From Sphaerodactylus townsendi (lineage: Eukaryota), in the NCBI RefSeq assembly GCF_021028975.2, contig NC_059433.1, positions 23,002,001 through 23,066,000 on the forward strand: a stretch of DNA of 64,000 nt, in the 5' to 3' direction. This document shows, one piece after another, positions 1-12,696 of the stretch (its first letter is position 1; every line of letters begins with the position of its first letter). The notes beneath the pieces were generated by a model. That model made no database searches. It was given only the letters and a program-made list of their open reading frames with translations, and was not told the origin of the DNA. The position numbers and the translations under genes were made by a program.

Positions 1-239
1 CCTAAGCCAATCTGAAATGTCTCAGAGTAGATTACTGCATGGCCGTTCTAAAAAGATGATTGTGAAGACTGCCATCTGGCGTACAACAGAATGCTGTAAC
101 CAGAACAATGACTGGAATTGGTTACAGCAGTGATGAGCCTGGGAACCTTTGGGTGCTCGAGTGGCAACCCAGCCTTGGCAGCAGCCTTACTAAAAGCCCA
201 TTTACCCTTATCGCAAAGACACCAACAAGGCAATTAGAA

Positions 240-600
240 CCAACCTGGGCCACTTTGGGGTTTTAGTTTAGAAAGAAAAACAGTTGAAACAGAGTCGCAT
301 GCGTTACTAGGGAGTAAGCTTGGTGGTAGTGGGTGGCACTGGCATTGAAGCAGGTGCAGCTCCTTCCAACAGGTGAATCCCACAACCCTAGGAGGGTTTA
401 ATACTCATGAAACAAACCCACATTACCAACAAACCAAGCTTGCACCCAGGTAAAGGATCATGCTTTAGTTTTTCAGAGATGAAAATCAGTGGGGTTTAAC
501 AAGCGCTATAACAGAGTTACCTACACTGCTTACCCCCCAAAACTAGGTGCTTAGGGTTTAAGCTGCTAATAATCAGAGGCCAGTGAACTGACCAAGCTAG
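240..600 (+). mobile_element. Partial hAT non-autonomous element (same family as 61357-61864)
   Basis: Collinear similarity to the internal part of the 61357-61864 element. Confidence 0.7.
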
Positions 601-1016
601 ATGTGTGTGTGTGTGGGGGGTGGGAGTAGGGATGCAGTGGGGTGGTGAGGACTCCTATTTTACACATGCCTCCCTTGAGGGAGGACTCCCTTGATTACCA
701 ACCTCACAGCACCTGTATGCCATAGAGTTCACCTCACCACTAGGGTGCCACTGGGATCAATATCACTTAACTTCGTTTTATCTACAGTGGCTTCCAATAC
801 AAAGTACTATAAAATGAAACTCTGTTCACTGTGGTAGATGGGGAAAGTTTGGAAACTCACATAAAATGTCAAGGACTCATCTGGAAACTGACTACTAGTT
901 TTTAAAACCTAATCATCGAGAAGCAAAGTCTTTGGCCTTTCCTTAAATACATCAAACATCATACAAACATCCCAATTATTTAAAAGAATAAAATAATTGG
1001 ATTTAATATGTTTAAG

Positions 1017-1320
1017 AAGAAGAGTTTGGATTTATATCCCCATTTTCTCTTCTGTAGGAAACTCAAAGGGGTTTACAATTTCCTTTTTTCCTTTCAATCC
1101 ACAACAAACACACAATGGTGAGAATTAGTTGGGAGACTGAGAAACTCAGAAGAAATGTGAGTAGCTGGTTTCAGCTGGCTGTGGTGTTGGAGTGCACAGA
1201 CACAATCTAGATTCCCCCAGATGATCAAGCCTCCACAAATTCAAGCGGCAGAGCTGGAAATTAAATTCAGTTTCCTCCAGATCAAAAAATGCTGCAAGTT
1301 ACATAACCACTATGCCACTT
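1017..1320 (-). mobile_element. SINE (noisy copy of the 37531 family)
   Basis: Reverse-complement similarity to SINEs at 10791 and 37531, with (CTT)n tail. Confidence 0.7.
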
Positions 1321-1456
1321 CTACTCCATAAAAGAATGTATTCAGATTTCAAGAATGTATTCAGATTTCAAAAGGAACACTGTAAACTCGGAAGAGGGCT
1401 GATGGGTTCTCATAGAGGTCTTTAGAAAAGCTTAATAAGAAACATTACGTCACTAC

Positions 1457-1526
1457 ATTTCTGCCTCTCTTTGCCTTGATTTCTCTGTAACTTTGTTCAT
1501 GACAGAATCTGCAAAACGTAACTCGT
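1457..1526 (-). CDS. RIOK1: RIOK1 coding exon 4 (DELRFADSVMNKVTEKSRQREAEM)
   Basis: Peptide matches recalled human RIOK1 DKLNVTDSVINKVTEKSRQKEADM; polypyrimidine+AG acceptor and GT donor; 70 nt. Confidence 0.92.
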
Positions 1527-1999
1527 CTAAAGAAAAAAAATGCAAAAGGAACAGATACTCAAGATGTCCTCCCCAAGCACATGTCCCACATGTCCCACCA
1601 GTTTCAGCAATGCAGTCTGAAAACACACAAACCATTCTTTAATAGATGCAGTCCAAGGGGAAAAAAAATCTGTAAAATAAGATCAGTTGACCAAATATAA
1701 GCAAACTGGTGAACAGAGCTCTGACTGACGAAAGATCAGGCCGGAATAAACTGTATTATCTCTCAACTTGACACTGGAGCTCTCGTTTTATTTTGCTGAT
1801 ACAGACTAATAGGGGCTACCAATCTGGAATGATATAAGTTTATATTGTATCCAAATGCTTTAGAATCAGTGAATGAATTTCTTCTGATGTCTAGAGGGGT
1901 ACGGCCTATAGGGACATGGGGTCACCCATGTCCCCAGCGCATGCCTTTTGGTCACGTGGAGGACAATCAGGACTCATTAGGCAGGAGACACTCAACCCA

Positions 2000-3110
2000 C
2001 TTGAGTGTTGCCTCTACAGATAAAGAGGAGGAATGCAGTGGCTGTGTTTTGAACTATATGAAAAATGTAAAGGGAAAATTTTGGGACATATATATAAATA
2101 CATGGTTGATGACAAAGACTTTATGATAAGAACATTGAATCAAAATGCGAGAAGGAAGGTTTTCAGAACACTGGGAAAACTGAAGAAATTTAATAGACAG
2201 CGTTGGAAAAAATATAAAAAGATTAAGAGAAATATATGGAGTTGGAAAGAAAAGTTATATTGAAATGGTATAGAACACCAAAACAACTAGCATATAGTTT
2301 TAATGTTCTTACGCCATCTGCACTTTAAATGGTTCAGGAATTTGAATTGGTACATTTTAATTTAATAACTTAATATTTAATATTTAATATTTTTATCTAT
2401 CCGCTTGTTTGTATAAATGTATTTTAAACTCTGAGCCCCTTTGAGGGAGAGGGCGGTATATGAATGGAACAAATAAAATAAATCAATAGAAATAAATATG
2501 TGATTAAAAGGGACTCAGTCCTAATTGCTGACCTCTTGGGTGACCAGGAGGGCATATTATAAATTCATATGTGGACGGAATGTAGAGAAGTGAAAGTATT
2601 TTTGGGCAACTCAATGTTATATATCGAGAAACTGAACAGAGAGTTAATACTTGGATTAAATAATGATTTAATGTTCATGTGGGTGTAATGGAGGATAGAA
2701 GGGTACATAAAAATATAGCTATATGTATAAAATAATGATCAAAGCAGCACATGCAACAATAGCTTTAGGCTGGAAAGAAAAGAAAAAATGGACAATCCAG
2801 GGAACAAGTGACACTGGACATTTTCGATATAATAACAAAAAAAATAGCTTCTTAGCAAAGATAAAATGAAGAAATTTTGAAGATATGGACAATATATGCG
2901 GACTGGATGAAAGAAGCTGGAGTCCAATGAGGGAGATATGGGAGGAAGAGATTAGAAAGAGTGACATTAGTGCTGCTTGATAAAATTATGAAGAAAATCC
3001 CCAAGGGGAAAAAGTGGAACCGTATTGTTTGGCTTAGTGAAGAAGAGTATTAATATAAAATGGAACAGTCAATTGATACAATTAAAAATTTAAAAAATAA
3101 ATAAAAAGGC
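2000..3110 (+). mobile_element. Degenerate L1/Tx1-like LINE 3' region
   Basis: Purine/A-rich broken ORF remnants with W-rich C-terminal-like motifs; A-rich tail ~3090-3108. Confidence 0.45.
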
Positions 3111-3930
3111 ATGCGCCCCAGCCAAATGCCACCAAGCCCTGCCCCCTTTGGCTCCCTGCAGGCTGGCCGAAGAGCTGACCTACCCAGGGGAGAGGCAGAA
3201 GAGAGATCGTGAGTGGATGACTGCCAGCACCAGCTTGGAGTCGCCCCGCCACACCGCCAAGCCCCTCCCCCCAGCCTCCATACAGGCCGGCTTTTGCCCT
3301 TCCCAGGCCCTGCCAACCTGCATGGAGACTGGGGGATGGGGCTCGGCCTGCATGGAGCACGGGGTGGGGGTGTGTGAGGGCACCTGGAGAAGGGGTTGTC
3401 TCTGGCCACCATTTTCCCCCCAATAAGCCTCTGCTGACATTATAGATATTTTCCTTGTGAAAGCTAGGCGGCAAGACTTGACTAGCTATTATTCTCCTTC
3501 TAACTTCTTCCATACGAGTTCGAGGCAAGAAGGGAGACCTTTGATCACTTCAAAATACCTACAGGAACTGTAAGCCAAATCCCTAGTGTAGATGTGACCA
3601 TGCTGAACAGCACAATAAAAGTAACATGAAAACTTGTTTTGCATGGAGATGAACAAACTGAGAAGACACTCAGTTCAAAGATAATTGATACTGCCATTCT
3701 GAAGCAAACATTTTTCAACACACACTCAGAAAGGAACTCAGTCGGTCTAGCTTTGACTACTCTATAATCATTTTTCAAAAACATGGAACACCACTATCTG
3801 AGCATGTGCTGTAATCCTCTAAGAACAATTCAACACACAAACCCAATTCTACGCTTTCAAACTGCATCAATTAAGCTGGTCCTGTTCAGTCAGCACTGTC
3901 ACAAAAGAAGGCCGAAAAGATTCTACCCAC

Positions 3931-4030
3931 CCTGAATTAATTTTAGTTACATAAATTTTTCTTTAGTTCACTGTCTGTAAATTGGGTTGTTTTGATGCAT
4001 TGCAAGCTAGCTGCGTGCCTGTCTCTTTGC
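3931..4030 (-). CDS. RIOK1: RIOK1 coding exon 3, apparently corrupted (frameshifts/stops)
   Basis: Minus strand starts GCAAAGAGACAG (AKRQ vs human ANRQ) and ends ..AAAATTAATTCAGG|GTGGGT (KINS-like vs KINL); correct position between exons 2 and 4, but no continuous frame and no AG acceptor. Confidence 0.6.
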
Positions 4031-4211
4031 CACCAAGAAACAATTTTGCAGAGATATCATGGAGCTTCACACCAAAACCCGTTCGTGCCCATATTAGTGC
4101 TGGCATAACATCATGCTCTCTGTGTTTTAACCATAGTTAAGCAGTCTCAGCTATATGCTTCCAGTTCCGCATTCTATTAATTCTCCGGTTCAAATTCCAC
4201 TCACTCTAGTT

Positions 4212-4414
4212 CAGTGGTTCTCAACCTTCCTAATGCCGCGACCCCCCTTGCACAACCACCAGTTTCTCATGTTGTGAACATTCCCCCCAACCCTAACATT
4301 TATCTAGCCACGGATGGACAAATTACTGATACAGAAAGAGTCTTAAAGCGACCCTAATGAAGAATTAGATTCGCTCGATTCAAAGGGTCCCGACACACAG
4401 GTTGAGAACCACTG
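4212..4414 (-). mobile_element. SPIN-like hAT MITE
   Basis: TIR CAGTGGTTCTCAACCT; end CCTAATGCCGCGACCC matches recalled SPIN/URR1 terminus; 8-bp TSD CTCTAGTT. Confidence 0.8.
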
Positions 4415-5864
4415 CTCTAGTTTTAAAACCAATAGTTTGCATTAACAATTTAAAGCTTTCATATACCTTATGTGTGCGTTAAGTGCTGTCAAGTCACTTC
4501 TGACTTGTGGCAATACTATGATGTAATGACCTCCACAATGTCCTAGCTTTGATTGTGGCGGCACAAGGCAGGAACCTAACTTCCCCTTTTATGGGAGTCA
4601 ATTAATCTCTCATGTTGGGTGCCTCCCTGATGCCTTCAACCTTTCAGAGCATGGTGACTCACTGTGCTCATTATGTGAGAGTATGACAACCCCAGTTTGT
4701 AGGCTTTAAGCTTCCAGGGACGGAGTTCTGGAGTTGAGTTGATCTGTGAATACCACTGATTTTTTTTTGCTGCGGTCCACAGTGTTTATGAAATTCTCCC
4801 CCAATCACCGACTCCAAAGGAATCCACTTTTCTTCCTGTTGAAAACTTAACTTGTTGTCCAACTTTTACACCCCATACATGAAATAGGGGGGAATATTAT
4901 GGCTTGTGAACAGTTAAATGTTGGTTGCCAGGGCCCTTATCCTTGCGCCCAAGACTCTTTTGTTTAGCTCCTCCTTCATTGCTGCCACCCACCGAAGTGT
5001 TACATGCCTGGGCGACCTTCAATCATGGTTCAGTAAGTGGGGAGAATTTGCACAAGGGCACAGAAAGAATGGCCACTCCAGATCCCTCAGTCACACTCTG
5101 GAAGCATTGCTACCTTTTCTACTTCAAAGAAGCAACACGGCATGCAATCAGTAACTGCGAATGGTAGACAGAACAGAAGATAGTAACTAAGAGAAGTGGC
5201 AAAAATTAGGTGGTACTTCTAATTTTTAGAGGACACCACATAAATATTTGTTAAAATAAATATAAACTGTCGTTACGAAATGTATTGTTGAAGGCTTTCA
5301 CAGCCGGATTCAACTGGTGGTTGTCGGTTTTCCAGGCTGTGTGGCTGTGGTCTGGTAGATCTTGTTCTACAGATGCAGACAAAACGTTAAGAACAAGATC
5401 TACCAGACAGTGGCAAAGCCACCAGGGGACGGGGGAGTGCGCAACGCAACGGGTGCACCGATTCTGGTCACGTGGGGGGTGGAAAAATCCCCCCGCCTCC
5501 CCTTCCGTGGCGCCCCCCGTCCCTCACGGAGCACCCCCCACACAGCGCACCCCCTTACTTACTTTTAGGAATGGAACAGCTCAGAGAAGAAGCCTGCCTG
5601 CGTTGCCTGGGCCTGGTGGGAACTACACTTCCCAGGGGCTCCTGGGAAATGTAGTTCCCACCAGGCCCAGGCAACTGTTCATGTGCAGGCTTCTTCAGTC
5701 TGCCTCCTTCCCTACAAAGCATGGAAAAGAATTGCCGATGGGGGGGGGGCTGCCGCAGGGGGGGCCGAGGGGGCGCAGCACAAAAACCAGCGTGTGCACC
5801 GGGGGCACTCTGACCTAGCCTCTGCTACCAGACCAAAGCCTGGAAAACCCACAACAACCTATCG

Positions 5865-6001
5865 CAGTGGTGGCGAACCTTTGGCACTCCAGATGTTATG
5901 GACTACAAGTCCCATCAGCCCCTGCCAATTGGCCATGATGGCAGGGGCTGATGGGAATTGTAGTCCATAACATCTGGAGTGCCAAAGGTTTGCCACCACG
6001 G
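5865..6001. mobile_element. Palindromic hAT MITE
   Basis: Near-perfect hairpin; 8-bp TSD ACCTATCG. Confidence 0.88.
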
Positions 6002-6237
6002 ACCTATCGCTATGAAAGCTTGCACCATAGCAAAGCAGTTAAGTTGTCACAGCACTTTCCTGCTATTACAGAAAAAAACTGGATTCTTTATTCAATTATG
6101 GGCTCTCCTGATATACAACAGATGTCTCCTGACAAAGTATTTTTAAGGCTCAAACCCAGATACCGACTGGTTAAGATAGGATTTAAATGAATGATAAAAA
6201 ACTAAGACCTATAGCACCAATTCTTTCCACATCGTAC

Positions 6238-6430
6238 CTGTGTGTTTCTTCCTCCAGAAACGAGATTTCGCTTTGTAACTTTCCCAACAGAATCATCCCA
6301 GTCCCAGTCATCTTCATTGTCTTCACCACTGTCGTCAAATTCATCCACATCAGCTTCCGGGTACAAATGTGATGGCTGCATTTGAATGATTCTTTTCTCT
6401 TGCTGAATGACTTCAATTTGTTCCTGCTCA
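6238..6430 (-). CDS. RIOK1: RIOK1 coding exon 2 (acidic DDWDWDD segment)
   Basis: Translates EQEQIEV...DEFDDSGEDNEDDWDWDDSVGKVTKRNLVSGGRNTQ, matching human DDDWDWDEGVGKLAKG...GGSNPQ; CAG acceptor, GT donor; phase fits exon 1. Confidence 0.92.
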
Positions 6431-6518
6431 CTGTTTATTTTGTAAGAAAAAGAGTTGGTTTTATATCCTTTTCTCTACCAAAAAAGTCTCAAAGCAGATT
6501 ACAATTGCCTTAAATTAC

Positions 6519-6549
<31 letters not shown>

Positions 6550-7648
6550 CACAAGCACCTTGAGAGGTAAATGGGGCTGAGAGAGTTCTGAGAGGACAGA
6601 AAGACAGCCCAAGGTCACCCCAGCTGACTTCAAGTGGAAGAGTGTGGAATCAAACTCACTTCTCCAGATTAGAGTTCATTGCTTTTAATCACTATCCATA
6701 TAATAAAGACTTCATTAGCTATCAAACAACAATTATCTTGCAAGTCAGCAACAAACCCCATTTAGCTCTCTCCATACTTTGTGCTTCATTGAAAATGTAG
6801 GATCAAATAATTGACGCTGTTCCATTCCAGGGGTCCGCAACCTTTTTGAATTTGTGGGCATCTTCGGAATATTGATGAAGGGTCGTCGATGCAACCATAA
6901 AACAACTACCATGAGAAGTGGAACCAACCACAAAATGTCAGAGTGAGGTTCCATAATTCTAATAGTGACTCTTCAACATCTGCTTAACAGGATGCTTTTT
7001 CAAATGAACACATTGTTTAAAATCCTTCTGCTGGGGTGGAAGCAGCTGCCAAAGCAAGTTTTCAAACACCTGCAAAGCCAACCAGAACTTCAATGGCCAG
7101 TCAAAGTCCTGTTAGGCAAAAGCCTCATCAAGCCACACCCATGTTCCAAAAACACTTTGTGGGCACAAGGAAAAGGAACACCCCGTTTCTGTTCTACGTG
7201 ACTTGAGACAAGTTTATTTATAATACTTTTTAATTAATCTATTTAGTGGGCCAGAGGTTCTCTCCTCTTCCCATAAAAAGATGAAAGAAATTGAGAAGGA
7301 ATTAAGGAGGTTTAATTACCAGGCAGTCGAGTCTGTTGACAGGTACAAGCATTTTAATAAATAAGCCTATTCATAAATGAACGTGATACAATTGATAGAA
7401 GCTTTTGGCGAGACCAGATCAATCCATGACATTCTTAGAACAAGGGAGGGAACTGAGACAAAGATGTTGCTTTCTTATGTTAACAGTGCAGTACAATTCA
7501 CTAATTCTCTCCACTTTCTAAAAAGCCTACTGAGAAAGTTAATTAAAGTTCACAAAATATGGAAAGTGGGCAGCGTGCTAATGGAGAAAGAGCACTGCTT
7601 TGTGTTTAGATATTGTCAAAATCATCTTAATGGCACGTTTTGTTTTAC

Positions 7649-7719
7649 CTGTCAGACAACTCAGCATCATCAAATTGCCCTGGAACTACCCGGCTCATGA
7701 TTTTCTCCCTGAAATTCAT
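7649..7719 (-). CDS. RIOK1: RIOK1 first coding exon (MNFREKIMSRVVPGQFDDAELSD)
   Basis: MSRVVPGQFDDA motif of the RIOK1 N-terminus; 71 coding nt; AG|GTAAAA donor. Confidence 0.93.
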
Positions 7720-8836
7720 TATTGCTGGTAGGTGGTCTCCAGTGCACACAATCTGTGCTGTTTTCTCTGTTTCCTATAAGACATATTTATAGGCAGAATA
7801 ATAAGGTAGCATATTATGCATTGTGGTTTCTATCAACACATTGTGCGGAAAAAAATATAACTGTACTTTGTTATATAAATTATGTCTGTCACAATATGCA
7901 TTAACAGTGCTTTCTAGTACCATGTCAATGAAAGTTATGTTGTGCACTTATATGAAGTGATCATGGACAATTGTGCAATACAATAAGACACACAAGAGAA
8001 AAACTGAAAACTGCCTTGCTGCAATTAGCACACCTTGGAGCATGTAATGTATTCCATTTGATCAAAAGACAGACAACCATATCATTTATTAATCATCCAC
8101 CTTATCACAATTTTGGTAGCTATCAGTATGCCGAAGTGGTGGGTTTTATTTCAGTCCTGAGATCCTGCAGCAAAGGACAGAAACTATTACAAAGTAACAA
8201 AAAGTACAAAATTGCAGCCTTGTGCATGTGCTGCCAGAGTTGTTAATAACACTACAAGCGCAACTACATCAGAATGGCTACGAGGAATTGGCAGTGGCAA
8301 AGAACCCACCATTCAAATGTCTCCTCAGGCAAGCCACCTTTTCCCATCCAAAATGTGTGGGAAACAATATTTGCCTACTTTACGACATTGCTGTAGCAAT
8401 GACCGAAAATATACACAAAGCCCGATAAGCTTCAGTATCAATCAATAAACATTATCACTACTAACAAACAGGGGCAGGTTATTTACAGCTGCCCCATGAA
8501 CTGCACTCGATTCATATCCTCATTCAGCCATAAAGCTCGCTGGGTAAGCTTGGGGCAGTCTACCTCAAAGGGTTGTGAAGAGGACATAAAACAGGCAAAG
8601 GAAAACCCACGTAAACTGACATGAACTTCTTGGAGAAGTCTTGGAGAAAGGATAAAAATGCAATGGTCCCAAATATCTTCTAGAGCAGCGGTTATCATCC
8701 TTTAATTTATATACTAGTGTCTCTCTGCCACCCAGTTAACATGAGGATATGTTCTGTGCGTTTCAGACACTGCCCAAGGATATATGTCTCTTGGCTGCCC
8801 AAATTTTTCCCAGCAAGATTTATTTATTTATTTTAC

Positions 8837-9200
8837 CTACCGACGGCAAACACGTAGGAGCCCCCCCTCCTAATTGAGCGACGCGCTCAAGCTCCTGAGA
8901 CACGAGGGGCAAAGCAAACACCTTCCGGCACACACAAAATTACGTCATACGGCTCCCGGGAAGGGTCAGAGTGAGTCGTCCGCGAACACGCTTTCTCCAG
9001 GCGGACTCGCGATGGAAATGGCTGGGGAGAGCGTTGCGTGGCAACTCGAGGACGCGCTTCGTGGGCGTGCATTGAGGGCATGGGGGAGACGACGAAAGCC
9101 TGCCAAAGTGGACAAATGTTTCTTGCCTTGCTTGCAAATGCGCATGTCTTTGCGTGCCTAAAACTTGCAGCTCTTTAGTCTTGCTTATATTTACTTTTTA
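8837..9200. promoter_or_regulatory. CpG island; RIOK1 promoter with probable non-coding first exon (shared RIOK1/CAGE1 divergent region)
   Basis: CpG-dense; ETS-like CTTCCGG ~8922, TTACGTCA ~8940, NRF1-like TGCGCATG ~9139; minus-strand donor candidates GTAGGT/GTAAAA at 8840/8836. Confidence 0.7.
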
Positions 9201-9727
9201 AAAATAAAATGCAGACCATACGCCATATAGTGAGCCGACCGTTTATCCCTTTAAAATACTGTCCCATGTCTTCTGTCTCCGAAGTCTGCCCCAGTTCTAT
9301 TAACTAATCCTTTTAACTGGAGATGCTGGTTAATAAACCTGGAAGCGCCTTGGATGCAAAAGCTTGTTCAGCACCAACTCTTGAGTTCTGGCCCTTTCGC
9401 TGCTTGGATCTTACTGGATTCAAGGTGAACTGATTTACGTGGCTGCTTCTGGGTTCTTCAAAGTCAGTATGCACTGGATTGCCTAAAGACAGCTGTCCTC
9501 ACTTGGAGTACGTCTGACTTCCGAGGAACAGGCACTGGATTGAATTGGAGGAAGTGGAGTTTGCAGGGTGAAAAAGAAGAACTTTCATTCTCCAAAAACA
9601 GCATGTCTCTGAGCTGCCTCTCAATGCCTTAACAGCGCGATCCTCCAGAGAGTTACTCCAGTCTAAGCCTATGGAAACGAATGGGCTTAGGCGGGAGTAA
9701 CTCTCTTTAGAATTGCACTGTCAGAGT

Positions 9728-9891
9728 CTTTGTGACGTCAAAGAGGTGACGTCACAAAGGTACTGGCCGGTTGCAGATTGACCGTTAAGGAGTTCTCATC
9801 GGTTGCTTTAGACTGGAAATTGTTGCGGGGAAAGAAGCGGCTGACTCCTGGCGGGAAACCTGGGAGTCTCTCAATGGATCCAGGAGGCTGT
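9728..9891 (+). promoter_or_regulatory. Putative CAGE1 (testis) promoter / first exon with tandem CRE sites
   Basis: TGACGTCA at 9733 and 9747 within a 13-bp perfect inverted repeat; MYB-type CCGTTA 9782; X-box-like GTTGCTTTAGAC 9802; E2F-like GGCGGGAAA 9850; donor-like GTGAGC 9890. Confidence 0.5.
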
Positions 9892-10790
9892 GAGCATTTT
9901 AGGCATTTTAAAAAGTCGAAATAAAAACGCTGAATAAGGAGAGGAAAATTATGGAAAGGCTTCAGTTTGTCCTCGTTAATAAATCCCCCCATCCCAATAA
10001 TTCCTATTTGCTGATGGTCCTTTGGAAAAGGGTACATTTGGAAAAGAGTTTGAACAGATGTGTCTCTAGACAATAATCCCAAGATCCCTTTAGAGACAGA
10101 CAGGATAGGATATTTAACTACAGTGGCTGCTATTATTTGGCAGTTTTATTGATCTTCAGATGATAAACACAATGTATGTTGAAGGAGAGAATTGATAGGG
10201 TGAGGGAGATTACAATTGACCTAGACTTCCCTTGCTTTTAGTTTAATTTTTTTAAATCCTCTGATAGATAATTACCAAGTTCAAGCAAGTGTTATAAGTC
10301 TCTGTTTCATCTTCCTTGGTCAGTATCCTCATGTGATTAAATGCTTCAGTTGCCTATTTCCATGCATTATGCCTCTATTAAAAGGATGGAACAGGACTTT
10401 TTCCGCCAGATTAGATAAAAAAAATGGAAGGGAACCAATTCTGCAGGGCCTGTAAGACAGAGATGTTCCATCGGGCTTTTGGTTGAGGTCACCCGCTGTC
10501 CCCATTCCATCTGGACGACCTCCCAACCATCCACCAACTGTCTCCAATCCACCCATCTAGTAGCTGGCATTTCAATCTGAGCATTCTTCCCCTCCTTGTT
10601 TTGTTTTAACATCATCTAGTCTCAGCAATTTCTCCCATCGCTGTGATGACAACAGTATAGGATTGCTGAAAGGTGGGAGAGGTTGATCACAGACTAAATG
10701 AGATTGTTATATCGTTGCCATCTGTTGGATATATGTTAGATGTTTAGATTTTTAGGATTTTAGTTTTACTTGAGAGCTATATTTTTACAT

Positions 10791-11143
10791 GAGAGCCAGC
10801 GTGATGTAGTGGTTAAGAGCAGGTGGGTTCTAATCTGGAGAACCAGGTTTGATTTCCCACTCCTCAACCTGAATGGCAGAGGCTTATCTGATGAACCCAG
10901 GGGCGGAGTAAGGGGGAACTGCGCCCAGGACACGTGCGTGCCCTGTGCCCCTGCTGCGGTGCCGCCCACCCCGGAATGCCCCCCTCCCAGTGACCTTGGG
11001 CTAGTCACTGTTCTTTGGAACTCTCTCAGCCCCACCTACCTGACAAGGTGTCTGTTGTGGGGAGAAGAAGGGAAAAGAGCTTGTAAACCACCTTGGGTCT
11101 CCTTACAGGAGAGAAAGGAGGGATATAAATCCAAACTCTTCTT
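10791..11143 (+). mobile_element. tRNA-derived SINE with internal insertion
   Basis: A/B-box-like head (GTAGTGGTTAAG...GGTTTGATT); body shared with the 37531 copy. Confidence 0.75.
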
Positions 11144-11499
11144 ATATTTTTGTGATCCACCCCAAGCCCAATCATGATCAGAAAGGGGCGAGGTACCAAT
11201 TGTGAATTTTTCCTTCTTTTCAGCATCCTTTTAATATAAATTGTTACCAAAAAAGCCATTTTGGGTTTTAGATTATAGGTTTTACATTGAAATGTATTAG
11301 ATGGTTTTATTGGTTGTTGTGTATTGTGCTGTAACGATGTTGTTTGCTGCCCTGAGCTTGGGCTGCTGAGGTAGGGTGGGGTATAAATCAGAAATAAAGT
11401 AAAATGGTTGCACAGCTAACCACAAAATGGCTGCTGTGAGGACTGATTGTTGGGAGGTTCTAAGACAATCATCCCCCTAGGATGGAAGTCTAATAGGTG

Positions 11500-11780
11500 T
11501 AGTGGTGGGTTTTCCAGGCTGTGTGGCCGTGGTCTAGTGGATCTTGTTCCTAACATTTCACCTGCATTGTCGAAGGCTTTCACGGCTGGAATCGCTGGGG
11601 TCCTCTGAAGATGCCAGCCACAGATGCAGCGAAACGTCAGGAGAGAATGCTGCTAGAACTCGGCCATACAGCCTGGAAACTACACAGCACCCCATTTCAC
11701 CTGCATTTCACCTGCATTTCACCTGTGGCTGGCATCTTCAGAGGTGTATCACAGAGGGAAGTCTGTTACACAGTGTGTCC
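11500..11780. mobile_element. Rearranged Penelope-like terminal fragments (hammerhead at 11601-11642)
   Basis: Inverted pieces homologous to the end of the 52554 element. Confidence 0.75.
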
Positions 11781-12591
11781 AGTGAGATTTATACCCCACT
11801 ACTAGCTCCCATTGGAAACAGCAAGGATCGGGGCACCCCCTTTGGAAGTCCATAACTTTGGACCCCCTGAACCAAACCTCACCAAACCTGGGTAGTATCA
11901 TCAGGGGAGTCTCCCAACAAATTCCTGAAATTTTGGTGCTGCTTGCCTAAAAACATCGCCCCCTGCAGGCCAAAAACCAAAATAACATTTTAAAAATACA
12001 CACAAAAACACAAACGGGGAGGCGGCGCTTCAGACATGTAATGGGGGGGTTTGAACCCAAGAACCCTCCCTTACCTACGTCCTTGTGTAGAGGCCAAGAC
12101 ATTCCCCTGATGTTGCCTCCTGGTTTACTGCCTCTGAATGTGCAGGTCTGTACTGCAGTGACCCATACCCTTGTCTGATTAGCTTTCCCATGTATTGCCC
12201 CTCCCCTTATAAGAGCTCCTTGTGCACTAGACATTGCGTATTTCAACGATGGAACAGATGATACATCTTCTAATATCATGGTTCCAAGGTACCTGTATGT
12301 TTTCTTCCATGGGATAAATAGCCACTGTTGGAATACTGCCGTCTGGACAATGATGTGCAAGTGTGTGTTTGGGGTGGGGGTGGGGACCCCTTTTCCCACA
12401 ACTGCTGTTCCAGTCTTTGAGCCTTTTAAAAAGATACATTATTATCACACCCATTTATTTAACCATTCTAATGTTTAGAGATTTTCTTGTATACAGCCGT
12501 TTAAAATAAAGACTCTCCAAATTTTGTCATTTCCCTTTAGAAGCCGGAACACTGGAGAAGGATCTTGGAGCTTTTGACTATAAAAAATATC

Positions 12592-12696
12592 ATGAGTGAA
12601 GCAGACATTATTTCCATCAGCTGCGTTTCCCTGGAGCTGATCCATAAAGATTCACTCAATGCTGAAAGCTGCAGTACTGCTTTGGATACCTCTCAA
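12592..12696 (+). CDS. CAGE1: CAGE1 first recognisable coding exon (exon acceptor at 12541)
   Basis: MSEADIISISCVSLELIHKDSLNAESCSTALDTSQ resembles recalled human CAGE1 MSESDTMNVS...TTCDLPQ; phase-0 GT donor; frame is open back to the acceptor, so the true start may lie further upstream. Confidence 0.7.

Noticed and set aside
5865-6001. Long hairpins as miRNA or structured ncRNA genes
   Set aside because: Multi-copy palindromic MITEs with 8-bp TSDs (also 16390, 40572, 50189)
10791-10870. tRNA gene
   Set aside because: tRNA-like head of a SINE; no full cloverleaf
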